Assembly (NCBI GenBank): GCA_033442325.1
Contig: JAWQFM010000007.1
Location: 1,334,351 to 1,398,350, forward strand
Origin: Salpingoeca rosetta
Taxonomy: Eukaryota; Protista; Choanoflagellata
Length of the DNA stretch: 64,000 nt
Direction: 5' to 3'
The position numbers and the translations under genes were made by a program. Position 1 is the stretch's first letter; each line of letters begins with the position of its first letter. Positions 26,544 through 39,908 of the stretch are shown piece by piece. Under the pieces are notes generated by a model that saw only the letters and a list, made by a program, of their open reading frames with translations, did no database searches and was not told where the DNA came from.

Positions 26544-27416
26544 TCACATGGCCCGGGGAGCAGGTTCTTGATGGCGCAGGAGGCGTTGGAGGAGGATCTT
26601 GTTGGCAGCGATACATTTATCGCATCCGTGTGGGCGCTGCTGCTGTGCACACTATTGTCGCCACTCGCAATGCGCCGTGCCCTTGACAAGCTGGAACGCA
26701 CTGCAGATGCGTACACGGTCGAGGACGAGGTGAGCCAGCACGGCGAGTTTGATGACAGCTTTGAGGCCGGCAGGGGTGGCGCTGTGGTTGTTGTCGAGAG
26801 CACAGCAGGCAACATCAAGAGGCGCCACACTCGCAGGGATGGTGGCGTTCACCATGACGGTGTCCGTGATGACAGCACCAATGGCAATGACACTGGCGAT
26901 GGCGATGGTGGCGGTGGTGTTGTGCTCGACAGCGGGGAGAAGGCGCTGCTGTCGTCAACAGATGTCAGTGGCATTGGAGCGACCGACTTGTCTGAGCCCG
27001 GCGCTCAATGCGAAGTAAAGCGGTGGCGGCGCCGTGACAGTGGTGATGATCAAAGTGGCGGTGGTGGTGATGTGCATGGGAGGCAACACCAGCAGCACAT
27101 TTACCACGTTGGCAGCAGCAATGACTCCAGCGTCGCACCGCAGGCGCCAGCAGCACAGCCGCACGGCCGCACGAACAGCGACGACCAAGACACACGACAA
27201 GAAAGCGATGGCGGTGACGGTGAAGACGGCACGGGCGTTGGCGGCGGTGGAGACAACAGCGGGTCTGAGGAGGCGATGCGTGTCCTGCTGCAGCAGGCAG
27301 ATGCTGCGTTTGCCGTGCAGACAGGGAGTGGGCAGCAGCAGCAGCAGCGGCTGCGGCGGAGAGAGATTGACTTTCCAACACATGCGACGTTGGCGGGAAG
27401 ACAAGTGCGCATCTGA
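25218..27416 (+). CDS. CPA2-family cation/H+ antiporter (NapA/Kef-like Na_H_Exchanger domain) with disordered C-terminal tail
   Basis: Motifs LVGEILAGILL, LGQVGLIFLVLEGG, ALSSTSIG, AAMIDDVLSLVILAV, LLGAFTAG, IFFASIGL, GRGELG|FLMA. Exon 1 25218-26341, exon 2 26564-27416. Confidence 0.9.
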
Positions 27417-27444
27417 AGTGGTTGTTGACTCTCACTAGCTTTCA

Positions 27445-27476
<32 letters not shown>

Positions 27477-28028
27477 CGTGTGTGTGTGCGTGCGTGCGTG
27501 CGTGTGTGTTCATGTGTGGTTGAACATTAAGAATTGAATTCACCAAAGGCTGGTGGTGTCTGTATCGACGGCGTGCGGTGTGTTTGGTCTCACTGCACGT
27601 GTATTTGTACATTTCGAACATGAGTATTTGCTTACCGCTCTCATGTTATGATATTTATTGGTGCTACACCAATGAATTAACTTGATAAACAGAACGTGTA
27701 AGTGCATGAATATGTGTGTGTGTGTGTGTGTGTGTGAACAGAAAGGTGCGGAGGAGTTATCGACACCAAGTCATGAAAAGGGTCGTGTAACATAACAACG
27801 GAACATTAAGTGGCGTACGCCGAATATGTGGGAGGAGTGAAGCACAGAAGTACGAAAACGACAAAAGCAAAGAAAGAGGCAGGCAACACAGTGGCGAAAA
27901 GTTGGTGCGCACAAGTCCATGGCTGTTTGGTGAATGAGATGGAAAGGAAGTGCATGAAATAAGACGAATTATGTGTGTGTGTGTGTGTGCGTGTGTGCGT
28001 GTGTAAGTGTGTGTATGTGCGTGTGCAT

Positions 28029-30648
28029 TCATTTGGCGTCCTTCTCCGCGGTCTTTCGCTGAGACTGCGTTTCGAGGCGCCTGCAACGCAATGCAAACAG
28101 AAGCAAGGCGGGGTGAGGAAGAGCGAAGTGATGAGAGACCAGGAGCCAAAGCGTCGACAACACCCCGAAGCAACCGTTCACCAAACAAATCACAACAGCA
28201 CCAACAAAATTAGAACACCACCACCACCAGCAGCAGCGCCAGACAACGTGAGTGACTGACTTGAGACGACCCAGCGTGCGCTCTTTGTCTTCTTTCGCCG
28301 GCGGTTCAGACTCGATCGACAGCTTGAACAGCTCTGGTGTGGGGAAAAGGTGGGATAGATGCGATGATGTGCGGTGAATGAGTACGTGTATATGTGTGTC
28401 CACGCGCGCGTGCGAAAATGATGCACAAGAAGCCGGCAGGCAAGACAGCAGCAAGCAAACAAGGAAGAAACCAGCATACACACTCCACCACGACGGACCG
28501 TATTCGGAGCAGACGGGAACAGTCTTGAGGTAGCGCACAACGTCATCGTTGCGCGGCTGCTTGCACTTTGCGTTCTTCAGCACCATAAAGTCGGCTAATC
28601 TGTTTCCCAGCCGCCACATGGTGTCAAAGTCAATATCGCCGTTCGCAAGCCGCTTCTTGCTGCTCTCCTCCGTAAAGTACATGTCCTGCACAGCGGGAAG
28701 CGTGGGTTGTGCGTGGGTGAGTGAGTGAGTGAGTGTGCGAGTGAGTGAGTGAGTGAGTGAGTGATGGGATGTGAGTGAGCGAGTGTGTGTGTGTGTGAGT
28801 GTGTGTGTGTGTGAGTGAGTGTGTGTGAGTGAGTGAGTGAGTGAGTGAGTGAGTGAGTGAGTGAGTGAGTGAGTGAGTGAGTGAGCGAGTGTGTGTGTGT
28901 GTGAGTGTGTGTGCGTATCTGTGTGCGCGTATCTGTGTGGCGCGTGAATTCCGTGTTCATGAGTGACACGCAAAGGCAAAGGTTCATCTCACATGTCGAC
29001 ACAAACCACGCCATGGCGCACCTTGACCATGAGGCTGAAGATTGGGATGACACACGTGTCTTGCTGCAGCATCAGCGACGCAACTTCCTCTCGGTAGTTC
29101 TTGAAGTTTGATCGTGGCTCCAACACCCACTGCTCGCAGAGGCAACGGCATTCGTGCGCGCGTGCGTGTGCGTGGTTCACGTATGAGGTGTGCGTCATCA
29201 TGCAAGAGGTGACCCGACAAGCGCTCACCACACAAAGCTGTCAACTCCCAACAGCGGCAACGACGACAGCAGCAATCACTACAAACATCATTCACACGCG
29301 TGCACATGCGCAGCGCACCTCCAGCTCTTCATAGAGGGACAGAATCTTCCCAGGTACTTTCGACCACGCCTTCTTCAGCCTGACAGCGCAGCAAAGCAGC
29401 ACTTAGATGAGTCACATGGTGTGTGCAAGTGTGTGTGTGTGTGCGTGTGTGCGCATGCGTGTGCGTGCGTGCGTGTGCGCATGCGTGTGCGGTTATGTAC
29501 GTGTATGTGCGTGCGTGCAAGCGTGTGCGGAAGTGCGTTTCTCACCGTGAGACGGATGCAAAGTTGATAGCGGAGACAATGGCCATCACGCTGTTGAAGT
29601 TGTGCATTTTGTAGCAGTGGTGGCCAACCTATCCCGGCACATACAAAAACCCGTGATGTCAATTCAACCAGAAAGAATCAAAAGGGGTGCATAACGTGCA
29701 TGTGTGCATGTCTGCAGGCGTGTTCGTGGATGGAGTAAAGAAAAGTGCCTATGGCATGATGACAGCCAGTGTTTCCACTGCAACTGCCATCACACACCCG
29801 CACAGAGCACGTGATGACCTCTCACCTGCACGAAGAACTCGATGGCCTTGACCTGATGCTTCTTCTTCTCCGTTCGCAGAATCTCCGTCGCCACAATGTA
29901 ACTGCAATGCATAAAGCGGCGATGATGAGCGCGCGATACCAAAAGGACATTCGCGAACTCACACACACAAGTATGCAGCCACCTCCACGCAATTCCAACC
30001 ACGGAAGACATACCACAACAGCATCATGTGAAACCGCAAACACACGCACCCCCCCTCCCCCCATAACGCACACAGAGAACACAAGTGAGCAATGCACCTG
30101 AGTCTGTTGAACCACTCGACGTAGGTCTCGACGTTGTGCGCCTCCCGCATGTCGGTATACTCGTCCTTCTGGTCCCCGCGCACGAATGTCTGCACAAACT
30201 CCTCGGGCCCAATGGCGCTCAGGCGCTCAAACTCAATCACCTTCAGCTGCGCGGCTACCTCCTGCGGTGACTGCGACAGGTCAAACAGGTTGCGGTCCGG
30301 CTGGTTGGGGGGGGGGGATGGTGTCGGTGTCGGTGTCGGTGGTGATTTTTGTTTGAGGGGGGGATGGTCTTGGTGTGAGCGTATGCGTATGTGCGAGTAC
30401 ATGTACATGTACTGAGAACAAGGGGTGTGGCACAGACTGTGTCCGGCAAGGTTCGGAGCAATGGAGTGCGTCCACACCTTTGATTTGCCGGCGGACATGG
30501 TTTCGTTCTTCGTCTTGATCTGCAACTCCAGTTCCCGCTTCAGCTTCGCCTCATACTGCTCCAGCGCATTCAGCTGACGGATGTGGCAACGGCGGTCGTT
30601 GATGCGTGAAATGAATCGAGTGAGAACCAAGCTGTCCCCGGTAAGGTT

Positions 30649-30697
<49 letters not shown>

Positions 30698-30930
30698 ACA
30701 CCTTCTTGAAGAGGACGCGTTGGATGTCGAGTACAGCGGCTTTGACATCGTCCATGTACGATGCGCAAGCTTGCGTAATGTCCTTGAACGGAAGCATCAT
30801 CCGCTCGTCCCGGAAGTCGTAGCTGTACGTTTCAGTCCACTCCCTGCGCAAGACCGTACACGTGTGTATGTGTGTATGTGTGTGTATGTGTGTGTATGTG
30901 TGTGTGAGCGAGTGAGCGAGTGAGCGAGGA

Positions 30931-31009
<79 letters not shown>

Positions 31010-31703
31010 CGATGATGATGCTGATGATGACGATGATGACGACGATGATGACGATGATGACGACGATGATGAAGAACAAGAGCAAGCAACAACAACACAG
31101 AGAAGCAGCCCATGCACATGCTAGCAAGGAAACAGCGGAAACCCATCCATTCAAACGATCCCACTCATCGCCTGCCCCACACCCAACCTGAGCAGCTTTG
31201 CAACGCGCATGGGAACAGAGTCGGGGTGGGACTCNNNNNNNNNNNNNNNNNNNNNNNNNNNNNNNNNNNNNNNNNNNNNNNNNNNNNNNNNNNNNNNNNN
31301 NNNNNNNNNNNNNNNNNNNNNNNNNNNNNNNNNNNNNNNNNNNNNNNNNNNNNNNNNNNNNNNNNNNNNNNNNNNNNNNNNNNNNNNNNNNNNNNNNNNN
31401 NNNNNNNNNNNNNNNNNNNNNNNNNNNNNNNNNNNNNNNNNNNNNNNNNNNNNNNNNNNNNNNNNNNNNNNNNNNNNNNNNNNNNNNNNNNNNNNNNNNN
31501 NNNNNNNNNNNNNNNNNNNNNNNNNNNNNNNNNNNNNNNNNNNNNNNNNNNNNNNNNNNNNNNNNNNNNNNNNNNNNNNNNNNNNNNNNNNNNNNNNNNN
31601 NNNNNNNNNNNNNNNNNNNNNNNNNNNNNNNNNNNNNNNNNNNNNNNNTTTTTCGGTGGTTTCACACCAATGTTTCTCTCACCATAGTATAGAAGCGCAC
31701 ATG

Positions 31704-31736
<33 letters not shown>

Positions 31737-32021
31737 ACACACACACACACACACACACGCACACACACACGCACACACACACACAAAACATCATCCATCA
31801 CAGCATTGCGACTGTTGTTGTTGCCGTGTGTCACACGCACCAGGGATCCTGACTGCACGCGGCCGCGAGCAAACGTGAGGCCGTCGTGTGTGTCCTCAGC
31901 ACCAACGGCGCCTGCAGCGGCGGTGGCAAGTGACAGCGTGAGGAGAGGGGATGAGGGGGAGGAGCAGGAGCAAGACACGAAGGGGACACACGAGGCAAGG
32001 GGAAGCAACCCCCGCCCCAGC

Positions 32022-32098
<77 letters not shown>

Positions 32099-32310
32099 CA
32101 TGCACACACATGCACACACATGCACGTACACACATCACATTGCATCACACAAGAGGCATCAGCGGTGGCAGCCGACCAATCTCTGTGACGTTTTCCTCAA
32201 GCTGCTTCGTCGCTGCGGCGTCGGGCTGATCGCCGTCCTTGACGGGGCCAGCCTGGATGTTCATCGCATGGAACAGCGACGACTGCACAGGTGGTGTGCG
32301 TGTGCGTGCG

Positions 32311-32367
<57 letters not shown>

Positions 32368-32880
32368 CGGGGGGAGTGTTGTGTGAGAGGGTGGCATTGT
32401 GCTTGCGTGTCACAAAGTCGTGTGCGCAATGGGGTCAGCGACAGGGCACGTTTGGCCTACCCTCTGTTTGTGGACGCCCTTCAGTCCCATGGAGGGCAAG
32501 GATCGCACGCGCTGCGAAAGATACAAAGGCGGACGAAAAAAAAAAAGCGACGTAGGTGCACGTCGGTGCATGCATGTGTACGTGAGTCTATGTAAGCGTG
32601 TGCGCGAGAATATGCGCGTGTGCGTCGGCTTCAGTGATGACTTTGAGGTTCAGACACAGCGAAAGCAGATGCACACGGATACACAGGCGCATGCGCAAGC
32701 TCACCGCGAGCGTGTTGCCGCGAAGCAGGCCTGTCACCGCATCCTCGTACTCCTTGTTGAGCTGATCATACTGCATCCGCAGGCGTCTAGCGTGTCGTGC
32801 ACCATCCACAACAACGGCAAGTAATGAGCAAAGCAATAGGCAGCATATAGACAAAGCAGGGTAAGGAGTTGCTGTTTAAG

Positions 32881-32913
<33 letters not shown>

Positions 32914-33113
32914 GTTGTTGTTGTTTGCTGTTGCTGCTGCTGTTGTTGTTGTCTAAGTTGTTGTTGTCTAAGTTGTTGTTGACTAAGTTGTTGTTGTTTG
33001 CTGTTGTTGTTGTCTAAGTTGTTGTTGACTAAGTTGTTGTTGTTTGCTGTTGTTGTTGTCTAAGTTGTTGTTGTCTAAGTTGTTTGCTGTTGTTGTTGTT
33101 GTTGTTGTTGGAG

Positions 33114-33159
<46 letters not shown>

Positions 33160-33821
33160 CGTTGTTGTTTGTGCTTGTGCTTGTGCTTGTGCTTGGTGTC
33201 CCTGATGCTGTTGCTGCTGTTGCTGCTGTTGTTGAAGTTGTTGTTTGCTGTTGCTGCTGCGGCTGCTGCTGTTGTTGTTGTCGTCGTCGTAGCCATTGTT
33301 GTTGTTATGTTTGAGCAGCGCAGGTAATCGCCGATGCAGAAGCAGAAGGCTGCCCTTGGCGACAGCATAAACGTACGAGTTGGCGAGGCGCCTGAGACCA
33401 GAAAGGGTGCCATGTTGGCCGCTGAGCTCATGGTGCATGACCTCCAGCTTGCGGTCTTCAGCTGCCAGCAGCTTTTGCGTCACCTGCAAGGGCAGCGTGT
33501 GAGTACTCATGTGCATGTGTGTGCATGTGTGTGCGTGTGTGTATGTATGTGTGTGCGTGTGTGTATGTGCGTGTGTGTTGTTGTTGTCCTCAGTCGATAC
33601 ACCCATTCTCAGGCTCTGTCTCTGTCTCTGTCTCTGCGTCCCTTTCTCCCCCAGCCCCCACCTCCATTCTCTCTCTCTCTCTCTGACTGTCTCTCCTATC
33701 TCTCCCAGTGTGCTTTTGTGGCTGTGCTGTTGGCAACCAGAGCAGCCCAACAATTGAAACGAACCTCAAGCTGAACGCCAAACCATAGTTTGGCATTCTC
33801 GTCCATGTTTGGCGTACTCAT
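28029..33821 (-). CDS. RASGEF1: RasGEF1-family Ras/Rap guanine nucleotide exchange factor (REM + CDC25), multi-exon, interrupted by an assembly gap
   Basis: Exons read [14 protein letters not shown] (REM start), [94 protein letters not shown]|[13 protein letters not shown] and [12 protein letters not shown], ending [16 protein letters not shown] at 28029. Start codon (33821) is tentative. Confidence 0.85.
30931..31072. repeat. (ATG/ACG)n trinucleotide microsatellite in a RasGEF1 intron
   Basis: Direct reading of the sequence. Confidence 0.9.
31235..31648. other. Assembly gap (N run), probably hiding REM-domain exon(s) of RasGEF1
   Basis: 414 N; the REM core expected between ..QSGSL and EWTET is not visible. 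Confidence 0.95.
32875..33310. repeat. (TTG)n-derived low-complexity region with a ~45-bp minisatellite (CTAAGTTGTTGTTG units), intronic
   Basis: Repeated GTCTAAGTTGTTGTTGACTAAGTTGTTGTTGTTTGCTG units at 32950-33080, flanked by phase-compatible RasGEF1 exons. Confidence 0.8.
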
Positions 33822-33999
33822 AGCTGTTGGATCCTTGCGCTTCTCGGTCAGTCTGCACAGAGAAGCAAAGGAGAGATGAGCTCATCAACGACAACCCTAA
33901 AGCCTTTCCTTCCACCTCCTCTCTTCCCTCTCTCTTTCTCTCTTTCTCTCTGTCTCTTTTCTCCGTGGCTCTTCAAGCCACAGCAGCAGCGTCGAGGCA

Positions 34000-34083
34000 C
34001 AACACAACACAACACAACACAACACGACACAACACAACACAACACAACACACCACAACACAACACAACACAACACAACACAAC
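34000..34083. repeat. (CACAA)n pentanucleotide microsatellite
   Basis: Direct reading of the sequence. Confidence 0.9.
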
Positions 34084-34510
34084 AAGCACGGCAGAGGCAG
34101 GCATCCCTCTCAACAACCACCCAGCCAACCGCTTGCAGCCAGCACTCACTTCCTTCTTCTTCTTGGTGGTTGTGTTGTTTGTGTTGTGGGCCAACAAGAT
34201 TGCTCAAATTGCACAAAGTCGGCACACCAACATCTGAGTCAGCAATTTTTGTGCCGTGCAGAATCAGCACGCCCCACAAACAACAACAGCGACGACGAAG
34301 CAACTACCACGCCGCATCATCTCTGCCAGGTGATGATGATGTGGTTGCATGGTGTGGTTGGCTGTATGGGGGGAGGCGAAGGGGGGAGCGGAGAAGTCGA
34401 AGGCAAGTGAAGGGGGAAGGGATGATCGTGTCGGCTCACATCGTACGTTGCCATTAATTCAACACCACCAACCCTCACATCACCACAACGCTAACCCATC
34501 AATCAACCAA

Positions 34511-34627
<117 letters not shown>

Positions 34628-34676
34628 TTGAATAGATTATCGCATCGCTGCAAACACAAAAGGGAGAGGAGCCACA

Positions 34677-34997
34677 ATGGTGAGGCGAGACGCATCAGCA
34701 AGCTCGGCCAAGTCTGTGCCATGGAGGTTATCCCGGTGTCTGGCAATTGCATTGGCAGTGGCTGTGTGCCTGCTCGCAGCCAGTGCAAGTGCAGCGGACA
34801 ACACAACCACCACCACCACAACAACAACCACCACAACTACAACGCTTCCAGTTCAAGCAGGGAATGACACCACCACAACCACTACCACAACCACGACGAC
34901 AGCGCCAGCAGCTACAACAACCACCACCACAACAACCACAACCACAACCACCACCACCACAACCACCACAACAACCACAACCACAACCACCACCACC

Positions 34998-35028
<31 letters not shown>

Positions 35029-36032
35029 CCACAACCACAACCACAACAACCACAACAACTACCACAACAACTACCACAACTACCACAACAACCACCACAA
35101 CGGTTTTCACCACGACTACAACCACGACAACACTTCCTCCAACAACAACAGCTTCGACATCCTCTGTCGCAGCTGAGTCCACCACAACAGCGACAAGCAC
35201 GGCCGGCAGCCCCATGTCGACCTCAACCGTGAGTACCAGCACCAGCACGAGCAGCACGAGCAGCGGGCAGACTGGGTCGTCCACGCTGTCGTCCTCCAAA
35301 ATTGCCCGCGCTGCCGTGGGCGGCCTGTTTTTCTTCGGCGCCATTGCTGCGTGCATTGTGTGCGGCGGCTATGCTGGGTACAAGTGGCGCGAGGAGGAAG
35401 CGCGGGAGCACCGGGAGAATGCGCCCAAGGAGTACGTGTTCGCCGTCAACCCTGCTGGCCCACAGCACGCGGGCGACGATGACAATGGTGATGGCGACGA
35501 TGGTGCGGAGACGACAGGCGAAGGCACTGGCGAACCGTTCGCTGAATTGGACGGGGAGGTGCTTGGCCCCGGCGACGAGGAAGCAGCGCGTGCCATGACC
35601 GGCGACGAGGCGGATGCCGATTTCGACGTCAACGCCATTGAGGAGCTGGCAATGAAGCAGCTCAAGAGCTCGCGGGAGAAGGGGGCGGCCGGTGTCAGCG
35701 GCGATGGCGGCGATGAAGGCGACGACGACGACAGACAGTCATTCCACAGCAGCCATAGCGGCAGCCGGCACAGTAGCCGCTCTGTTTCAAGGAGGTCGAG
35801 CACATCATCACACAGCAGCAGTGACGGTGGTGATGGTGGCGATGGCGGCAACGCGGGCGATGGTGCAACGCACAAAGGCAGTGTTGGCAATGGCACAGCA
35901 ACCACAGTGCCGAAGGAGCAGGGCGGGCAGCGTGCACAAGGCGAAGTAGGAGAGGATATGCCCTTGCCTGGCTCGAGCGAGACCAGCACCCAGGAGACGG
36001 GGTTCCGTGCACGGACAGAGTCCATGGCGTGA
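34677..36032 (+). CDS. Mucin-like type I single-pass membrane protein
   Basis: Intronless 451-aa ORF: signal peptide (CLAIALAVAVCLLAASASA), ~150-aa Thr/Ser ectodomain, TM AAVGGLFFFGAIAACIVCGGYAGY, acidic/Ser-rich cytoplasmic tail. Confidence 0.8.
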
Positions 36033-36748
36033 TGTGATATCCTCACCTTTGCACATACCGTAGGCCGTGTGTGTTTGTGTAGTTTTGTGTGTGTGTGTGT
36101 GTGTGTACGTGATAATTTTTTTTTTGTGTTTGTGAACGCGTGTTTATGTGATGTGAATATATGGCCTGTGGCTTCGGTGTTGTTGTGTCATGTTGCTTTC
36201 TCTGGAGGGATGATGATCCTCCAGTTGTCCGCACGTGCATGCATTGCCCTCGTTGTTTCGCATGTTGAATTGTTTGCCCTTGTTCTTTGCCCTTGGTTTG
36301 ATCACCGCACCACTGTTTGCACCATGTCTTTTTGTTTTGTCTCATTCGCGCTTGCATATGCATGCATGTGTACATGTGTGTGTACATGTATGTATCAGAG
36401 TGTATCAGCGTGTGAACGTTGAAGAGAGAGTGTGTGCGTGTGTGTGCGTGTAAGAGAGAGAGTGTGTATCAGTGCGTGTTTCATTCTGCCTTGTTCTTGT
36501 CAAATCATGACGACATTCAGCCATGGAATGTGGAGAGTTGTTGTACTGTATTCGAGTGTATTCAGTGTGCGTGGCTGTGGCTGCATGCGCACGCATCTTC
36601 TCTCTCCCCCTCCCCCCATGTGACCTCGCTTCGCACCACCTTGTTCTTGTTCCAGCTGCTCAAACAAACAACAAACAACCCCACCAAGCGAAGCAAACAA
36701 GCAAGCGAGCATATCAATCAAGCAAGCAAGTCCGCAAGAGAAGGAAGC

Positions 36749-36779
<31 letters not shown>

Positions 36780-36888
36780 GCACACACACGCTGTCGATAA
36801 GCCATGAATGATATAGCCAATTTTCGTACCAGTCCTGTGTGTGGTTTGGCGGGAACGCGTTTGAGCGGATGGATATGAGCGGAGGAGG

Positions 36889-38065
36889 ATGCAGCGCGAG
36901 TTGGAGGAGCATGTGTTGCAGTTGATCTGCAAGGAGGTGGCGGTCGGCCATGAGCCACGCCAGCAGCAACAACAACAGCAACCGCAGCAGTCACAGCAAC
37001 ACCAGTCACAGCAACACCAGTCACAGCAGCAGCGAGAGTTGTCCTCAGAAATGCTGGCAGCGTTGCACAGCGTCTTTCCTCAAGTGCGCGTGGTTTTGAC
37101 GTTGCAGTTGCCAGCTTCCTTGCTTGCTGCCACGCGCTTGAGTTGTGTGACTGGCTTTGAGTTTCCTGCTCTTGAACACAAATCACTCTGGGTCCTTCGT
37201 CACACATGACTCACGTCTTGCCTCACATGCGTGTCTCACATCGTTCCCCCTGTGTGTCTGTGCAACATGAGTGTAGAACGCTCTGGCTGCGCTGGACATT
37301 CTCGATCGCAGAGCCGTTACGGAGATCACTTGCCCTGCTGGCCGGGTCGCCCATCAAGTGTGTTGGATGAAAGTGCTGCAGTGTGTGTGTGTGTGTGTGT
37401 CTGTGTGTGTGTGTGTGTGTGCTTGCGTGTGTGTATGCATACGCACATGTGTGCACCGCAACCAATCGAGCACGTCTCCATTTGTGTGGGTGCTGTAGGT
37501 GGCTGGCAAAGGAGGTCGAGTGTACTTCACGCTTGTGGATCAAGGCTTTTGCGAATGTGCAGCATACGAATACACTGGTACAGTTTGGTTGTGCTTGCAC
37601 ATTTGTGCTTGTTGACTGTGGCGTGGTGGCTGCTGTTTGTTTGTTTGACTTGACCTGCTGACCCGTTTCTCCATCGCCCATCTAACTGCATGCTGGCTTC
37701 TGTTTGCATGCATGGATGGTTGTGTGCATCCCATTGCACTGTTCAGTCCTCAGGAACGAAGTGAGCATGGTAAGAAACGAGTGTGCGAAGTACACGTGTG
37801 TGTGTGTGTGATTGCGTGAGAGAGAGAGAGAGAGTGTGTGTGTGTGTGTACCTCAGAGCCATACCAGTTGCCCCCCCTCTCTCCTTTCCATCTCCTTCCC
37901 ATCCCCCGCTCTCATTCCCCTCATCCCTGCACCCTTCCCCCCTCTTTTTCTTAGTGCAAGCATGTGCTTGCTGTGAGGCTGGCAAGAGCGACCAACCTCC
38001 TGCAGCACGAGAGGATATCCGACGCAGCCTTTGCTGCCCGCATGAACCCCAGCGCGCCGCCATAA
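36889..38065 (+). CDS. ZSWIM7: SWIM zinc-finger protein ZSWIM7/SWS1 (Shu complex, homologous recombination)
   Basis: Spliced exons ..EMLAALHSVFPQ|NALAALDILDRRAVTEITCPAGRVAHQ|VAGKGGRVYFTLVDQGFCECAAYEYT|VLRNEVSM|CKHVLAVRLA..* give the SWIM CxC..CxH motif and the ZSWIM7 ALDLVD..SGR..YQV pattern. Confidence 0.85.
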
Positions 38066-38216
38066 CAGTGGCTTCTTGCTCCTGACCTCGTCTCTGCTTT
38101 CTCAACAAACGTTTGATTCACTCTTCTCTTTCTGATCGATTGTCTTCCCGCCGCCATAAACGACCATCGCCGTCGTCACGACACAAATCCGCACCAAAAC
38201 CAAACGAACAACGGCG

Positions 38217-39657
38217 ATGATGCAGCACGTGTTGAGGAGGGCTGTGAGCGTGCGGCATGCTGGGGCCGTTGCGCGAGTGTGGCCGGGGCAAGGGATGGTC
38301 GATGCCAGGCTGTTGCGCACGAGTGCTGGGCTGCAGCGAAGGCGGCGAGCACCACGCCCTGCCATCCCTGAGGAGCTGATGAAGGAGGCCAGCGAGGAAG
38401 ACGCGCACATGCGCCAGCTGCAGCAACTGCAGCAACTGCAGCAACTGCGCCAGGAGGACGACGGTAGCGCAGACCAACTGCTGCAAGGCCTGCAGAGCAT
38501 GGGAAGCATGAGCGAGGAGGAGAGGCAAGAGGTGGCCGCAGAACTGCAGCGCATGTCCCCGGAGGAACGCGCATACCTGCAGCTGTCCATGGAGCAGATG
38601 GAGCACTACTTCAAGGTCGCGGAGCAAGTAAACCAGTCGCGCGATGCAGAGCGGGAGCAACAGCTCAGAGCAAAACAGAGCCGGGGGAGGAGGCGCCATG
38701 CACAGCCCGACAGCGATCGGGGCGCTGATGAGCATGGCGCCGCTAGTGACAGGGTTGCAAGCAGCGCTGGTGTTGGCGACAGCGGCGACACTGCCAACGA
38801 TGTGACAGGCAGATGGAACCCCACGGGGGCAAACGCAGCATCTGCGCCTGCGCCTGCGCCTGTGCCTTCCAAGCACGTGACCGTGCTCGACCCTCCAGGC
38901 ATGCACGACTCTGTGAGGTTAGAGGTGCCCGACATGGTGCCCAACGGCGTTGTGCCTCCACCAATGGACATTGACTCGGCAGATGAGCTGGGTCATTCTG
39001 CCAAGCACGCGCGCAAGAGGAGACGCTCAGCACACATGGACGATGATGATGAGGACGAGGACGAGGATGACGATGACGAAGGCGAAGGTGGACACGATAT
39101 GGAGGATTTGCTGCAGTCGGATGGGCGCCGTGGTGGCAGTGGCACAGACGAGGTGCCTGTGACAGAGGTGGTCTTCTCACTGGGAAAGCCACGCCACCAG
39201 CGGCGCACAAAGGATGAGCGGTGGGAAGGCAGTGCGAGGTACAGGCGTGTCACCGATGCCATCGGCACTGCCATTGAGGCAGCCATCTACCGGCATCACC
39301 TGGACCCACTCCTTGTCAAGGCCAACATCACCATCTACGATGTACGTCGCGTTGTGTGTTTGTGTGTGTGTGTGTATGGGTGTGTGTGCGTGTGTGCTGC
39401 ATGTGTGCGTGTGTTGGAATATGTGTGTATGTGTGTGCGCGTGTGTGCTGCCCTTTCATCCCCCTCTCTCCTCCTTTTCATCATCATCGTCGACCCCGTG
39501 TGTCTCATGATGCACTGTCGTTGCTTTGCTGTCCCTCGATTGCTGTCAGGTTCACGTGAAGCGAAGCTTCCGCAAGGCCACTGTGTATTGGACAGCCACC
39601 TTTTCAGAAGACCCAGAGCTGCAAGCCGAGCAGGTGCGTTTGTTCACTTGTGTTTGA

Positions 39658-39709
<52 letters not shown>

Positions 39710-39722
39710 GTGTGTGCGTGTG

Positions 39723-39812
<90 letters not shown>

Positions 39813-39869
39813 CGTGGAATAGTGTTTGGATGGCTCCAGCTGTGCTTTTATCATCAATACACACAAATA

Positions 39870-39908
<39 letters not shown>

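Noticed and set aside
30931-31191. Poly-Met / poly-His / poly-Ile / poly-Ser ORFs
   Set aside because: Intronic (ATG)n microsatellite beside an assembly gap.
32945-33085. Regularly spaced CTAAGTTGTTG units suggestive of a CRISPR or telomeric array
   Set aside because: No unique spacers and no cas genes; eukaryotic intron; units derive from the surrounding (TTG)n.
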